From Bacilli bacterium (GTDB lineage: Bacteria; Bacillota_I; Bacilli_A; RFN20; CAG-826): a stretch of DNA of 64,000 bases. The stretch's first letter is position 1; each line of letters starts with the position of its first letter. The stretch lies in NCBI GenBank assembly GCA_024408565.1, contig JAKSUW010000004.1:5863-69862 (forward strand). The letters run 5' to 3'. Positions 1-9,561 of this stretch are shown in pieces. A model generated the notes under the pieces. That model made no database searches. It was not told the origin of the DNA and saw nothing but the letters and a program-made list of their open reading frames with translations. The position numbers were made by a program, and so were the translations under genes.

Positions 1-955
1 CTAATTCAAAACGGTTCGCACCTAATTCACGACCGATTAAGATGCCCGCGGCGACACCGACCGATGAAGAGACAGCATGTAAATACGGGACAAAGTAATT
101 TAATATCGTTGTCGCGGTTGATAAATCCTTATCACCCATATGACCAACAATCGCTGAAAATATTAGTGTGCCAATGGCATAAGCAACGCGCGCAAGAACA
201 ATCGGAATCATGTGTCTTATCACGATGAGAAAATTCTCAATATCCGGGTTAAAGAAGAGCTTGAAATCAAAATAAACGGTGCTCTTTAAATGTAAAAAGA
301 CGGCAGAGAAAGCAAATTCAACAAAGCGGGTGACAACGATTGCCCAAGCGGCGCTATTAGCACCGAGTTTAAAGACAAAAAGCAGTAAACAAGTGAGCAG
401 GACATCAGCAACGAGAGCAGCTAAAGAACTAATCGTAGCAAAGTTAGCTAAGTGAAGATTCTTGAGCATATACGTATTGATGTAGGATAAATCAAAGAAC
501 AAGAAAGAGACGCTTAAGATGCGTAAAAATTGAGCGCCTACTTCAATGATGTCAGAATCAGGATTAAATAGACCGATTAATTGTTTGGAAATTGATAAAG
601 ACAATAAGAAAAATATTAGCGAGACAGAAACCGCGATGCGGAGTAATGTATGGTAGACACGCTTCACATCATGTAAATCGCCGCGACCATAATATTGAGC
701 AATAAATAGACCACCAGCGACTGCGATAGCTAATATCGCGTAGCGATAAACAAGAAAAATATTTAAGGCATAACCAACGCCAACCACCGTTGTTTGATCA
801 GCGCCAGCAGCGCCAATTAAAAGACCACTTAAACTCGCGATTAAGGTCGTAATTAATTCCTGTAATAAAACCGGAATCATTAGCCGCACTAATTTTTTAG
901 CAAATTCTTTATCTTTAAAAATATGCATCAATGCGTATATTATACGCCACAACAT
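1..955 (-). CDS. MATE family efflux transporter; the 5' end is complete (start codon at 953-955) and the 3' end runs off the window edge
   Basis: The reverse-strand frame is open from 955 to the window edge. The N-terminus, MLWRIIYALMHIFKDKEF..., parallels the 2858..4252 paralog, and a GRELGA block is shared with it. The protein is hydrophobic and polytopic. It is missing from the ORF track because its stop lies outside the window. Confidence 0.6.
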   Translation of the reverse strand, partial: MLWRIIYALMHIFKDKEFAKKLVRLMIPVLLQELITTLIASLSGLLIGAAGADQTTVVGVGYALNIFLVYRYAILAIAVAGGLFIAQYYGRGDLHDVKRVYHTLLRIAVSVSLIFFLLSLSISKQLIGLFNPDSDIIEVGAQFLRILSVSFLFFDLSYINTYMLKNLHLANFATISSLAALVADVLLTCLLLFVFKLGANSAAWAIVVTRFVEFAFSAVFLHLKSTVYFDFKLFFNPDIENFLIVIRHMIPIVLARVAYAIGTLIFSAIVGHMGDKDLSTATTILNYFVPYLHAVSSSVGVAAGILIGRELGANRFEL

Positions 956-1029
956 CAAGCATAATAAAAAATATTCAAATGTTTATGAAGAGATGAACGT
1001 TTAACGATGTAATAGCCAGTGAGAAGATA

Positions 1030-2796
1030 CTAATGATTAAAGGTTACTTTCGCGATGTCTTTTAGTTTAATGACGTTATCAATATCGTTTTTCGCAATAT
1101 AAAGTTCATTATTTCTAAGCCGCGTGGTAATGCGAATGGTTTTGTTTTTATAGGTGAGCGTTCCTTTGGCCTTGGGAACACATCGTGCAGCTTTAATAAC
1201 ATAGATTTCATTATTCTTTTTAAGAATAAATTGGTTGGGTTTTACTTGCTTTACTGACCAGTTAAAATGCTTAACGTATTTTTTTAGATTAACAAACGGA
1301 TAAAAGACCGGAATAATCCGTGTCCAATCATGGATATAAGAATTTTCATGGTTCATCATATGGAACAATAAGTCATAATAGGTGTATTTCGCAATCTCAA
1401 GCGCTTCTTCTAAGATGTAATTAGTGTACTGACTAATCCGTAATCTCGCTTCCGCTAAGGGGAGCTTTTTTACTTGATTAATGACTTGTTGATATTCATG
1501 GTCCCAAATGGCTTCGTAAGTTTCCCACATCCGTTTAATCTCATCGCCATAACACCGCCAGTTAATATGACATAAAAGGCACAGCCGTTTATAAATAAAG
1601 TTAGTGGCGTTTTCATCGTAATCATAGATTGCCGGTTTATAACGATATGAAGCGGGAACCGTTTTTAGGCCGTTGTTAATCGGCAAAAATGGGGCAAAAA
1701 TTGAATTAGCAAAACAGAGCCATTGTTGGCACGCGATTTCTTTGGGTAGATTAGCGTAAGAGCGAATCGCGTGAATTTGTAAACCCGAACAACTACCGAT
1801 TAAACGCAAATGCTTTTCACTTAAATCACGCTTAAATTCTTTAAACTTTGGATTATCAATCACTTCGTCAAATCGATTACGGAGCGTCTTAATCATATCG
1901 TGAATAGTTAGATCGTTTCGTTCAGGTGTCACAAAAGGGGGATAACGGTAGGTAGCAACATATGTTTCGGCTTCTTTACTATGCGGAGCGAAAAGACGAT
2001 GACCAATCCAGGTCCGCCGGCGTGAATTATCAAATTTATAATTATGTTCAACCGCTTTGGGGCCGTAGGTTAAAGCTAAATCTAAATGCTTTTTATCATG
2101 GGGTCCCTGGTATTGCGCAAAACCATATTTGATGGGGAGAGTAAATAAATCTTTGCTAGTAAAATACTCGTCATGTTTAAAGTCTTGAATCGTTGATAAA
2201 ATAAATTCATTACCAACGGTAAAGACTTTATCATCAGGTAATTTAACAGCGATATATTGGTGACCGGTATACGCTTCCATATACCAAGTCTCTTTTTGGT
2301 CAATCGCAAAAACGGCGCATGGCTCGTTAATACCACTTTTATCAATAATGCTAGCGATAACTTCCATCGCGTGGCGTGCACTTGTTGCCAAAGCAGCCGG
2401 AATATGGGTTAAATCATCTTCGCCAATCCCTTTTTTCACAAATGGATCAACTTTTAAGGCTTTTCGATTAGTGGTGCAAGTTAAAGTGGCGCTAAAACCA
2501 ACCGCGTTTTCGTTAATCGCGCTCGCGTCCCAGAAATGGCCTTTATTACAACACGGATTAACGGGGGTAGAAACATAGCGATAGGTTTTATTTGGCATCT
2601 GGTAGGTAAAACCATTAATCCCCTTAATGCGTTTATTTTTGAAGGCATCGCGTTCATGAACGGTTAAATTATAAAGAATGGCCGATGGATGCCCATCATC
2701 GGTCCGGGCGATAATCGCGGTCTTGTCTTTGGTAGTATTTTTACCAAAATAGACCACGGTGCAGGAATTATGGTCAATAACGGTCCGATTTGTCAT
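1030..2796 (-). CDS. C69-family dipeptidase with an N-terminal nucleophile Cys and a long C-terminal extension
   Basis: The N-terminus ...NSCTVVYFGKNTTKDKTAIIARTDD has a Cys near the N-terminus followed by GK and a DG block, as in PepD/C69 dipeptidases. At 588 aa it is about 100 aa longer than typical family members. Confidence 0.55.
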   Translation of the reverse strand: MTNRTVIDHNSCTVVYFGKNTTKDKTAIIARTDDGHPSAILYNLTVHERDAFKNKRIKGINGFTYQMPNKTYRYVSTPVNPCCNKGHFWDASAINENAVGFSATLTCTTNRKALKVDPFVKKGIGEDDLTHIPAALATSARHAMEVIASIIDKSGINEPCAVFAIDQKETWYMEAYTGHQYIAVKLPDDKVFTVGNEFILSTIQDFKHDEYFTSKDLFTLPIKYGFAQYQGPHDKKHLDLALTYGPKAVEHNYKFDNSRRRTWIGHRLFAPHSKEAETYVATYRYPPFVTPERNDLTIHDMIKTLRNRFDEVIDNPKFKEFKRDLSEKHLRLIGSCSGLQIHAIRSYANLPKEIACQQWLCFANSIFAPFLPINNGLKTVPASYRYKPAIYDYDENATNFIYKRLCLLCHINWRCYGDEIKRMWETYEAIWDHEYQQVINQVKKLPLAEARLRISQYTNYILEEALEIAKYTYYDLLFHMMNHENSYIHDWTRIIPVFYPFVNLKKYVKHFNWSVKQVKPNQFILKKNNEIYVIKAARCVPKAKGTLTYKNKTIRITTRLRNNELYIAKNDIDNVIKLKDIAKVTFNH

Positions 2797-2857
2797 AGCA
2801 TTGTAATATTGTAACGATAATTAATAAAAACGCTATTAGAAAATCGAAAAGAGATAT

Positions 2858-4252
2858 TTATTTAAAGACGAAACCGCCTTTATTGGTTAAGTTCTTGACC
2901 CACTTAAATTTACGGTAGCGATAGTAGAAGAAGCCAACTTTAACTGCTTCTTCAAGTTGGACTAAGATGATTGGAACAATTGGATGCCAATTGAGTTTTA
3001 AAGCCACAATTGATAAAGGAATAACCGTAATCCAATAAGTTAAACCATCAACGACGCAGGGGAAGATGGTATCGCCTCCAGTATAAAGCATTCCATTGAC
3101 AATGATACTGTTATAGACGCGGGGAATAAACATACCCGCTTGGACTAAGAATAAGACAATCATGTAGATAACCGCGGTTTCACTTAATGATCTATTTAGT
3201 AAATAGAAAAATGGGAGGAAGAGTAAGAAAACCACAATGAGGATTACGCCAAATAGGGCACTAAATTTTAAGATGTCATGGCTTGTTTCTTTTACTTTAA
3301 CTAAGCGGTCCGCCCCTAATTCACGACCAACAATCACGCCCGCGGCAATCGCAATGCCGGTACTAAAAGAACTCACGAGGTTTTGGGCAGTCATCATGAG
3401 TTGGTTCGCCGCGTTTAATTCGGTATCGTTAAATAAACCAATGACAACCACACCAGCGAGTGTGCCTAATCCCCAAAGGGTCTTACCAATAAAGACCGGC
3501 GCCATCAGTTTGGACGAAGTTTTAAAACGGGTAAAATCGGGATAAAAAATCTTGAAGAAGTGGGGTTGAACGACACATTTAGCACGGATGATAACAGTGG
3601 TGGCAACGAGTTCAGCAAAACGCGCAATCACGATTGATAAGGCCGCACCTAATGGTCCAAGGTGTAAGCCATATAAGAAAATGGAGTTAAGGATCACAAC
3701 AAGTGATAATGTGGCGACCGCAATAATTGTCGCTTCTCGCTCTAAGCGCGTGTTTTTCACTAGTGAATAATTCATTTTAATCGATGGAATAAATAAGAAG
3801 GAAATGCTAAAGATGCGTAAATAATCAGCGCCGATTCGAATGACTTCTTCTTGGCCACTTTTCGCAAATATTGCGATTAATTGTTCAGGAATCGCCATTG
3901 ATAAAACAAAGAAAAGAACACCAATAAAGATTGAAAGCTTTTGGCAGAAATAAAAATCTTTCTCGACTTGGGGGATATCGCCACGGCCATAGTGTTGGGA
4001 ATAAAAAGTATTGCTAATAAATACGAGTGCCGACATGACAACATTAAGGAACAAGAAGATTTGCGAAGCAAAACCAACCGCAGCAATAGTGTTCTCCGCT
4101 ACGCCTGGATCAAGTGTCGGTCCAAGCATCAATGTGTTAATGGTGCCAATTAAAACACCAATTAGCTCAATAAAGGAAAATAAAAGCGTGAGTCTAATTA
4201 ATTGGTTTCTAATTTTTTTATCAACGAATATATGCATATATTTATTTAACAA
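2858..4252 (-). CDS. MATE family efflux transporter
   Basis: 464-aa protein with 12 hydrophobic segments and a MATE-like twofold internal repeat. It is a paralog of the partial gene at 1..955. Confidence 0.7.
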   Translation of the reverse strand: MLNKYMHIFVDKKIRNQLIRLTLLFSFIELIGVLIGTINTLMLGPTLDPGVAENTIAAVGFASQIFLFLNVVMSALVFISNTFYSQHYGRGDIPQVEKDFYFCQKLSIFIGVLFFVLSMAIPEQLIAIFAKSGQEEVIRIGADYLRIFSISFLFIPSIKMNYSLVKNTRLEREATIIAVATLSLVVILNSIFLYGLHLGPLGAALSIVIARFAELVATTVIIRAKCVVQPHFFKIFYPDFTRFKTSSKLMAPVFIGKTLWGLGTLAGVVVIGLFNDTELNAANQLMMTAQNLVSSFSTGIAIAAGVIVGRELGADRLVKVKETSHDILKFSALFGVILIVVFLLFLPFFYLLNRSLSETAVIYMIVLFLVQAGMFIPRVYNSIIVNGMLYTGGDTIFPCVVDGLTYWITVIPLSIVALKLNWHPIVPIILVQLEEAVKVGFFYYRYRKFKWVKNLTNKGGFVFK

Positions 4253-4274
4253 AGCGAGAGCTTACGTCCTTCCT

Positions 4275-5468
4275 TTACTGATTTTTTACTATTGCAGTAA
4301 CATCTGCGCCTAAAGATAATACATATTCATCATCGTTAGCCAGTGGCTGAATTTTTGGTGATAAAGCGGCTTTAACATTAACAGTTTTAGTGCCTAGCTG
4401 AGGAAGATCAATTTGTATATCTATGCCGCCTTCAAATATGCCACCTGAACCATCGGGGAGCATACTTGCAATATCGATAGTTAGATTATTGTTTTCATCG
4501 AAAGAGAATAAAGGATGATCGGTACCGCTCGTTGCAGTCTTATCTTTAATCAATTCAATAATCGCGGTTTGTAGTCCTTCCATCTTCTTGCTAGTTGATA
4601 TTTGACCTAAATATGCATCATCGAGTTTAAAAGTTATTTTTCCTCCATCAGGATTGGATTGTAAGGTTGTGTCTAAAGTAATAAATGAGTCTTGTCCGTT
4701 AACATCTAGCGTAACATAAGCATCCATCTTATTGGTATCGTTAACTCCATTAAATTTAAAATCCAAATCTTTAAGACCAAGATAGTTGATACCATAATTT
4801 TCCGTATGTGTTTCGCTTATTTTTGTCTTTTTGAAGATTGGTTTATTAAAACCAACAATATTGAATTGTGAACAAAAAGCGCGGAGTGATCTAGCAGGAA
4901 TTTGGCATATATCATTGATTGTGGTGTCGGCAGGTTCACCTGCTACTAATTTCTTAAGAAGTTCTTCGTTATTCTTAAATAATTCAATTAAATATTCGCT
5001 TTCAAGTTTGCTTGTTATTGATTCTGTCAGAGCATTAATAAAATCAGTCCGCTCTGTATTTGCTTTTTGGCGATATGGAGATCCTTCATATTGTTTATAT
5101 CCTTCATCTCCTTCTGGGATTACTCCTGGAGGAAGAGAAGACCAATCCGCCACCCTCCCGCACATTTCTTCGTACGAAGCATCGTAACCAAAGACAAAGA
5201 AATTAAATAAATTGGGGATATCGGTTTCTGACAAGAGATGAGTGTTATCGGGGTCATTAATGATGTCTAGTGTGTAATCGCGAGTGTCCTTAAACTCAAG
5301 ATATGCTTTATCTTTATATTTAAGAGGCCCATCTATGGCTGAGGGATAATGAATAAGACTAAAGTTATCGCCAGCCTTGGAATCTAAATAGATTTGGGCC
5401 CCGAGTCCATCACTCGTTACCGGATCAAAAAGTTCTTCTAACTGCACTAATTCGATAAGAATGGACAT
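4275..5468 (-). CDS. Hypothetical secreted/surface protein, probably the C-terminal portion of a frameshift-disrupted gene that continues upstream to 6064
   Basis: 397-aa ORF with no signal peptide of its own. Its frame stays open for 98 further codons upstream (to 5774) without any ATG/GTG/TTG start. Confidence 0.4.
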   Translation of the reverse strand: MSILIELVQLEELFDPVTSDGLGAQIYLDSKAGDNFSLIHYPSAIDGPLKYKDKAYLEFKDTRDYTLDIINDPDNTHLLSETDIPNLFNFFVFGYDASYEEMCGRVADWSSLPPGVIPEGDEGYKQYEGSPYRQKANTERTDFINALTESITSKLESEYLIELFKNNEELLKKLVAGEPADTTINDICQIPARSLRAFCSQFNIVGFNKPIFKKTKISETHTENYGINYLGLKDLDFKFNGVNDTNKMDAYVTLDVNGQDSFITLDTTLQSNPDGGKITFKLDDAYLGQISTSKKMEGLQTAIIELIKDKTATSGTDHPLFSFDENNNLTIDIASMLPDGSGGIFEGGIDIQIDLPQLGTKTVNVKAALSPKIQPLANDDEYVLSLGADVTAIVKNQ

Positions 5469-5752
5469 TAAATCAATGGGAGCGTCTTCGTTATTTTCTT
5501 TCTTACCAGAAATAATATTAACTAAATCGTTAATAAAGGTTTGTCGGTCATAGGTGATTTCACCATGCTCTAAATCGGAATTAATATGAATACCAAAACC
5601 ACTAAAGAAGTTATTTAGTTGTTCATCCGAGAAATATTTGGTGCCAAGTTTAAGCAGTGCATCCTCAATAAAATTAAGCAGAGGGACATGACCTAACTGA
5701 ATGGTTTTTAATTTAAAAATGATTTTGTCATTCTTTTCTATGATTTCAGTTT

Positions 5753-6064
5753 TTACCTTAAACCTAATACCGAATTAAGTTCATCTTGCCCGAGTTTTAA
5801 TTCAACCCGGGGAATATTATCATCGGTTGTGTAATTAAGTGATTCATATAATTCATCACTAATGACGTCGTTTAAACTACTAATCGTTTTAACATTACTT
5901 AAGTCCGCTCCCGGTTTCCAGGTCACAAGGAAACCTAAAATAAACGTTAGTGGTAACACTAAAAAGATGATTAAAAAGGAAATTAATATCTTTAAACCAA
6001 TGTGCCGTTTTTTCTTTTTCGGCGCTTTGGTTTTTTCTTCTTTAGCAGTTTCTTTTTTGCCCAT
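5753..6064 (-). CDS. N-terminal signal-anchor ORF with a Lys-rich cytoplasmic tail and one TM helix, probably the N-terminal fragment of the same disrupted gene
   Basis: MGKKETAKEEKTKAPKKKKRHIGLKILISFLIIFLVLPLTFILGFLV... ends at 5753. The downstream ORF frame opens at 5774, so a 1-nt shift near 5757-5770 would fuse the two. Confidence 0.4.
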   Translation of the reverse strand: MGKKETAKEEKTKAPKKKKRHIGLKILISFLIIFLVLPLTFILGFLVTWKPGADLSNVKTISSLNDVISDELYESLNYTTDDNIPRVELKLGQDELNSVLGLR

Positions 6065-6118
6065 ACAATTGCAATATTTAATTATACCACTTGTTATATA
6101 TTATATAATACTCATGTA

Positions 6119-7018
6119 ATGATTACGCCTTTTTATAAGATTACCTATAGTTACCAAAACAAGCGGAAGTATCTTTACGTGAAAGATGAATCCCGCCAAG
6201 TAACGGGTTCGATTAAGTATCGTCCCGCGACTTATATGGTTCGTAAAGCCTACGAATTGAAACTCATTGATGCCTCATCAACCTTAGTGGAAGTGACTAG
6301 TGGCAACATGGGCATTGCTTTAGCTAAAGTTGCTAAAGACCTTGGCAATAAATTGGTTATTTATATGCCCATGGATGCGAGCAAAGAAAGAAAAAAGATG
6401 ATTACTGACCTTGGTGCCAAATTAGTGCTCGTGAAAGATTTTGCGGATGGTATAACAAAGGCTAGCCAACATAAAGACGCTTATTATCTCCGGCAATTTG
6501 AAAACCAATATAACGCGGACGCTTATGTGGCTTTTGCCCAAGAAATGGAATTTAAACTAAAACAATATCCGGCCTTTATCGCTAGTATTGGTACCAGTGG
6601 TACCTTAATGGGGACTGGTAATTATTTAAAACGAAAATACCAAAGTAAGATTATCGCGGTGGAACCAAGTGAATCCCTTCTTTTTTCAACCGGCGTGAGT
6701 CATGGTCCACACGGCATTGCGGGTGTGGCGGATGGCTTTATCCCGAAAATCTATAAGAAGGATTTAGTGGATCAAGTTATTAGTGTGAGTACCGATGATG
6801 CAATAGCGATGGCACAAAAACTCCGTGATGTCTTAAAACTGGAGATTGGCATCTCAAGCGGAGCGAACTTTTTAGGAACTGTATTAAGCGAAATTAATAA
6901 CGCAGTTACTGTTTTTCCTGACCGGATGAACCGTTATTATTCCACTCGGCTATTTAAAGAAAAAGTTTATTCCCGGTTAGTGGATTCAATTACTCTAGAA
7001 AAAATCGAAAAATTGTAA
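6119..7018 (+). CDS. PLP-dependent cysteine synthase / beta-synthase family protein (fold-type II)
   Basis: The GSIKYRPA lysine motif is a KDR variant and GTSGTLMGTG is the glycine loop. The true start is the in-frame ATG at 6119 behind a TATAAT at 6101-6106. The track's upstream extension overlaps the opposite-strand gene and is spurious. Confidence 0.6.
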   Translation: MITPFYKITYSYQNKRKYLYVKDESRQVTGSIKYRPATYMVRKAYELKLIDASSTLVEVTSGNMGIALAKVAKDLGNKLVIYMPMDASKERKKMITDLGAKLVLVKDFADGITKASQHKDAYYLRQFENQYNADAYVAFAQEMEFKLKQYPAFIASIGTSGTLMGTGNYLKRKYQSKIIAVEPSESLLFSTGVSHGPHGIAGVADGFIPKIYKKDLVDQVISVSTDDAIAMAQKLRDVLKLEIGISSGANFLGTVLSEINNAVTVFPDRMNRYYSTRLFKEKVYSRLVDSITLEKIEKL

Positions 7019-7032
7019 CGATTAATTTAACT

Positions 7033-8007
7033 ATGTCTTTATTAATGATTGTTATTCTTTCACTCATTGGTTTACTGGTTGTTTTAGCGTTAATGTTACT
7101 ATTAACAAACGCGATTACCGCAAAAATCTTTAAGCACCGGGCGGATGGTGATGTTCGTTACGCCTTTATGCTTAAGGAAGATTTTCCTCAGTTAGTAAAA
7201 AAACCCGTAAGCATAGTTAACACGAAAAAGACAAGATTAAACGGAGCGGTTTTTTACTATCCGAAGCGTAAACACCTTGGGGTGATTATTTTTTATCACG
7301 GCTTATTTAGTGGTTATCTTAATTATCTCCAATTAATTGATTATTTTGCTCAGCACGATTACATCGTGGTGGCTTTTGATTTTACCGCCAGTATGTCAAG
7401 TGGTGGTAAAGCCATTAACGGTTTAGCCATTAGCGAAATTGACGCGATGGCAATTATTCGATTTGCTTTATCTCATCCGGAGTTAAAAGATTATCCACTT
7501 TATACAATCGGTCATTCGTGGGGCGCCCATACGGCGTTAACTTCGTTACTCTTAAGCGAAAAAATTAAAAAAGCGGTCGCGTTTAACCCATATAACTCAG
7601 ATGTGGACGCGGCGTATTCCTTTTCGCCATTAGCCAAAGTGCTTACCCCGTTTATTTATCTAAATAATTTATTCCGTTTTGGTTATACCGCTACTTATAA
7701 AGTCACTGATGTCTTAAAGTATAGCGAAGCTAAGAAGCTAATTATCGCAAGCGGAAAAGACCAAATTGTAAAGCCCACTTATGCTTATAAGAAATTTAAA
7801 AAGATTAACGATCCACATTTAACCTTACGTTATTTAAAAGAGGCTAATCACTTTACCTATATGGGTAACGATGGGGCGGAACATTTCACCAAAGAAATTG
7901 CCTTCCCGCACCGTGGACCAATTGATTTTACCAAGATTGATTACCAAAAAATTAACACGCTTAATTTATCACTATTAGATGAAGTGATAACCTTCTTAAA
8001 GAAATAA
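7033..8007 (+). CDS. alpha/beta hydrolase with an N-terminal membrane anchor
   Basis: N-terminal hydrophobic helix; GHSWGA (GxSxG nucleophile elbow); HGLFSG oxyanion-region motif. Confidence 0.6.
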   Translation: MSLLMIVILSLIGLLVVLALMLLLTNAITAKIFKHRADGDVRYAFMLKEDFPQLVKKPVSIVNTKKTRLNGAVFYYPKRKHLGVIIFYHGLFSGYLNYLQLIDYFAQHDYIVVAFDFTASMSSGGKAINGLAISEIDAMAIIRFALSHPELKDYPLYTIGHSWGAHTALTSLLLSEKIKKAVAFNPYNSDVDAAYSFSPLAKVLTPFIYLNNLFRFGYTATYKVTDVLKYSEAKKLIIASGKDQIVKPTYAYKKFKKINDPHLTLRYLKEANHFTYMGNDGAEHFTKEIAFPHRGPIDFTKIDYQKINTLNLSLLDEVITFLKK

Positions 8008-8772
8008 TTATTTCTTCGGTAAATATTTATGGCCTTTTTTAATCGCCATTAATTCGAATTGATCAATATCTTTTTCTTTTAAAAGTTTTTGATCTTCTTT
8101 ACTTAACTTTAATTGTTTAAATAAATCGGGCCGATATTTTTTGGTTAGTTTTAATTGTTGTTTCCGGTAATAGCGGTTAATCACTTTATGATTACCCGAA
8201 TATAAGACGAGTGGGACTTTATCACCTTGATAATCATAAGGTTCAGTATATTGTGGGTATTCAAGTAAATTATCGTTAAAGGATTCATGTGTTAAAGAAT
8301 CATCCGCGATAGCGCCTTTTAGTAAACGAATCACACTATCACTAATCGCCATACTCGCCACTTCGCCACCTGTTAAAATATAATCCCCAACTGAGATTAA
8401 TTCATCAACATATTTATTCACCCGTTCATCAACGCCTTCATAGTGACCACAGATAATAGTGATACTAGGAAGTTTGGCTAATTGAACCGCCTTCTTTTGG
8501 CTATATCTTTCTCCGCGTGCGCACGTTAATATAATGTGCGAGTGTTTTGCGTGCTTTTTTAAGGCGTCAACAATGGGTTGACATTTCATGACTAAACCTG
8601 CGCCGCCGGAAACGGGTGGAGTATCAACTCGACCATATTTATCTTTAGTGAAATCACGGATATTAATAATCTTAATTTCGACAATCTTTTTAGCGATTGC
8701 GCGTTTAATAATCGAGTTAGTTAAAAAGCCATTAAACATTTCTGGGAACAAAGTTAAGATATTAATCTTCAT
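8008..8772 (-). CDS. trmD: tRNA (guanine37-N1)-methyltransferase TrmD
   Basis: MKINILTLFPEMF... is the canonical TrmD N-terminus and an SPOUT-fold region follows. It overlaps rimM by 4 nt. Confidence 0.9.
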   Translation of the reverse strand: MKINILTLFPEMFNGFLTNSIIKRAIAKKIVEIKIINIRDFTKDKYGRVDTPPVSGGAGLVMKCQPIVDALKKHAKHSHIILTCARGERYSQKKAVQLAKLPSITIICGHYEGVDERVNKYVDELISVGDYILTGGEVASMAISDSVIRLLKGAIADDSLTHESFNDNLLEYPQYTEPYDYQGDKVPLVLYSGNHKVINRYYRKQQLKLTKKYRPDLFKQLKLSKEDQKLLKEKDIDQFELMAIKKGHKYLPKK

Positions 8773-9269
8773 AACATCCCCTCAATTAATTTTACCGTAA
8801 TCATGCCAGCTTTTAAGTTAACACCTAAGATAACCGCTTCCACAAACGGAATATCAAATTGGTGGTGATCTAGACTTTCGCAGCGAAGTAAGTAATGAAC
8901 GGGTAAAGTAATAACCGCTTTTACTTCACCAACGATATGGTCATTATCTTTGACTTTTAAGCCAACTAAATCGCTTAAGTGATAATAACCATCAGGAAGC
9001 TTTGCGTCTTCTTTCTTCACGTATAGTTCTTTGCCAATTAATGAATTAACTAATTTAATATCTTGGTAGTCTTTAAAAGAAACCACATCAAATTCCGCGT
9101 AATGATAAAAAGAAGCAACTACGAGCGGGTGATATTCATCTTTTTCGCGGTAATAAACCGTATTACCAGTTTGGTAACGTAAAAAAGCGAAGTCGGTGTG
9201 TGAAAACACTTTGACTTCGCCTTTTAAACCTTTTGGTTTACTGATTTTACCAAGTAAAAGGTAACCCAT
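8769..9269 (-). CDS. rimM: 16S rRNA processing protein RimM
   Basis: The LGKISKPKGLKGEVKV N-terminus is typical of RimM, and the operon position matches. Confidence 0.85.
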   Translation of the reverse strand: MGYLLLGKISKPKGLKGEVKVFSHTDFAFLRYQTGNTVYYREKDEYHPLVVASFYHYAEFDVVSFKDYQDIKLVNSLIGKELYVKKEDAKLPDGYYHLSDLVGLKVKDNDHIVGEVKAVITLPVHYLLRCESLDHHQFDIPFVEAVILGVNLKAGMITVKLIEGML

Positions 9270-9559
9270 TACTTTACTTCGTTAGTAGTGGGGGATGTAG
9301 TATCTACTTTTCCTTTATTGGCAATATCTTCAAAATGAAGATGGACAAACTTATTATCTTCTTTACCAGCAATGTTAATCGTTTCGCGTAAGGCGTTCGC
9401 GATCACACCGTGTTTACCAATTAAACGACTCACATTGTCGTTATCGGCATAAATATAAATCGTAATATCTCTTTCTTCTTCTTTGAGTTCGATTTCCACT
9501 TTGCTTGGATCAGTGACAATCGCATCAATGAAAGAATGAATAACTGCTTTATAATCCAT
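9269..9559 (-). CDS. KH-domain RNA-binding protein (YlqC-like)
   Basis: 96-aa protein lying between rpsP and rimM, as in Bacillota, with a GKHG KH-type motif (LIGKHGVIANALR). Confidence 0.7.
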   Translation of the reverse strand: MDYKAVIHSFIDAIVTDPSKVEIELKEEERDITIYIYADNDNVSRLIGKHGVIANALRETINIAGKEDNKFVHLHFEDIANKGKVDTTSPTTNEVK

Positions 9560-9561
9560 AA

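Noticed and set aside
6002-6118. N-terminal extension (MPFFLFRRFGFFFF...) of the cysteine-synthase-like ORF
   Set aside because: It overlaps the opposite-strand gene 5753..6064 and precedes the TATAAT at 6101-6106. The low-complexity Phe run is the antisense of a Lys codon run. The start was moved to 6119.
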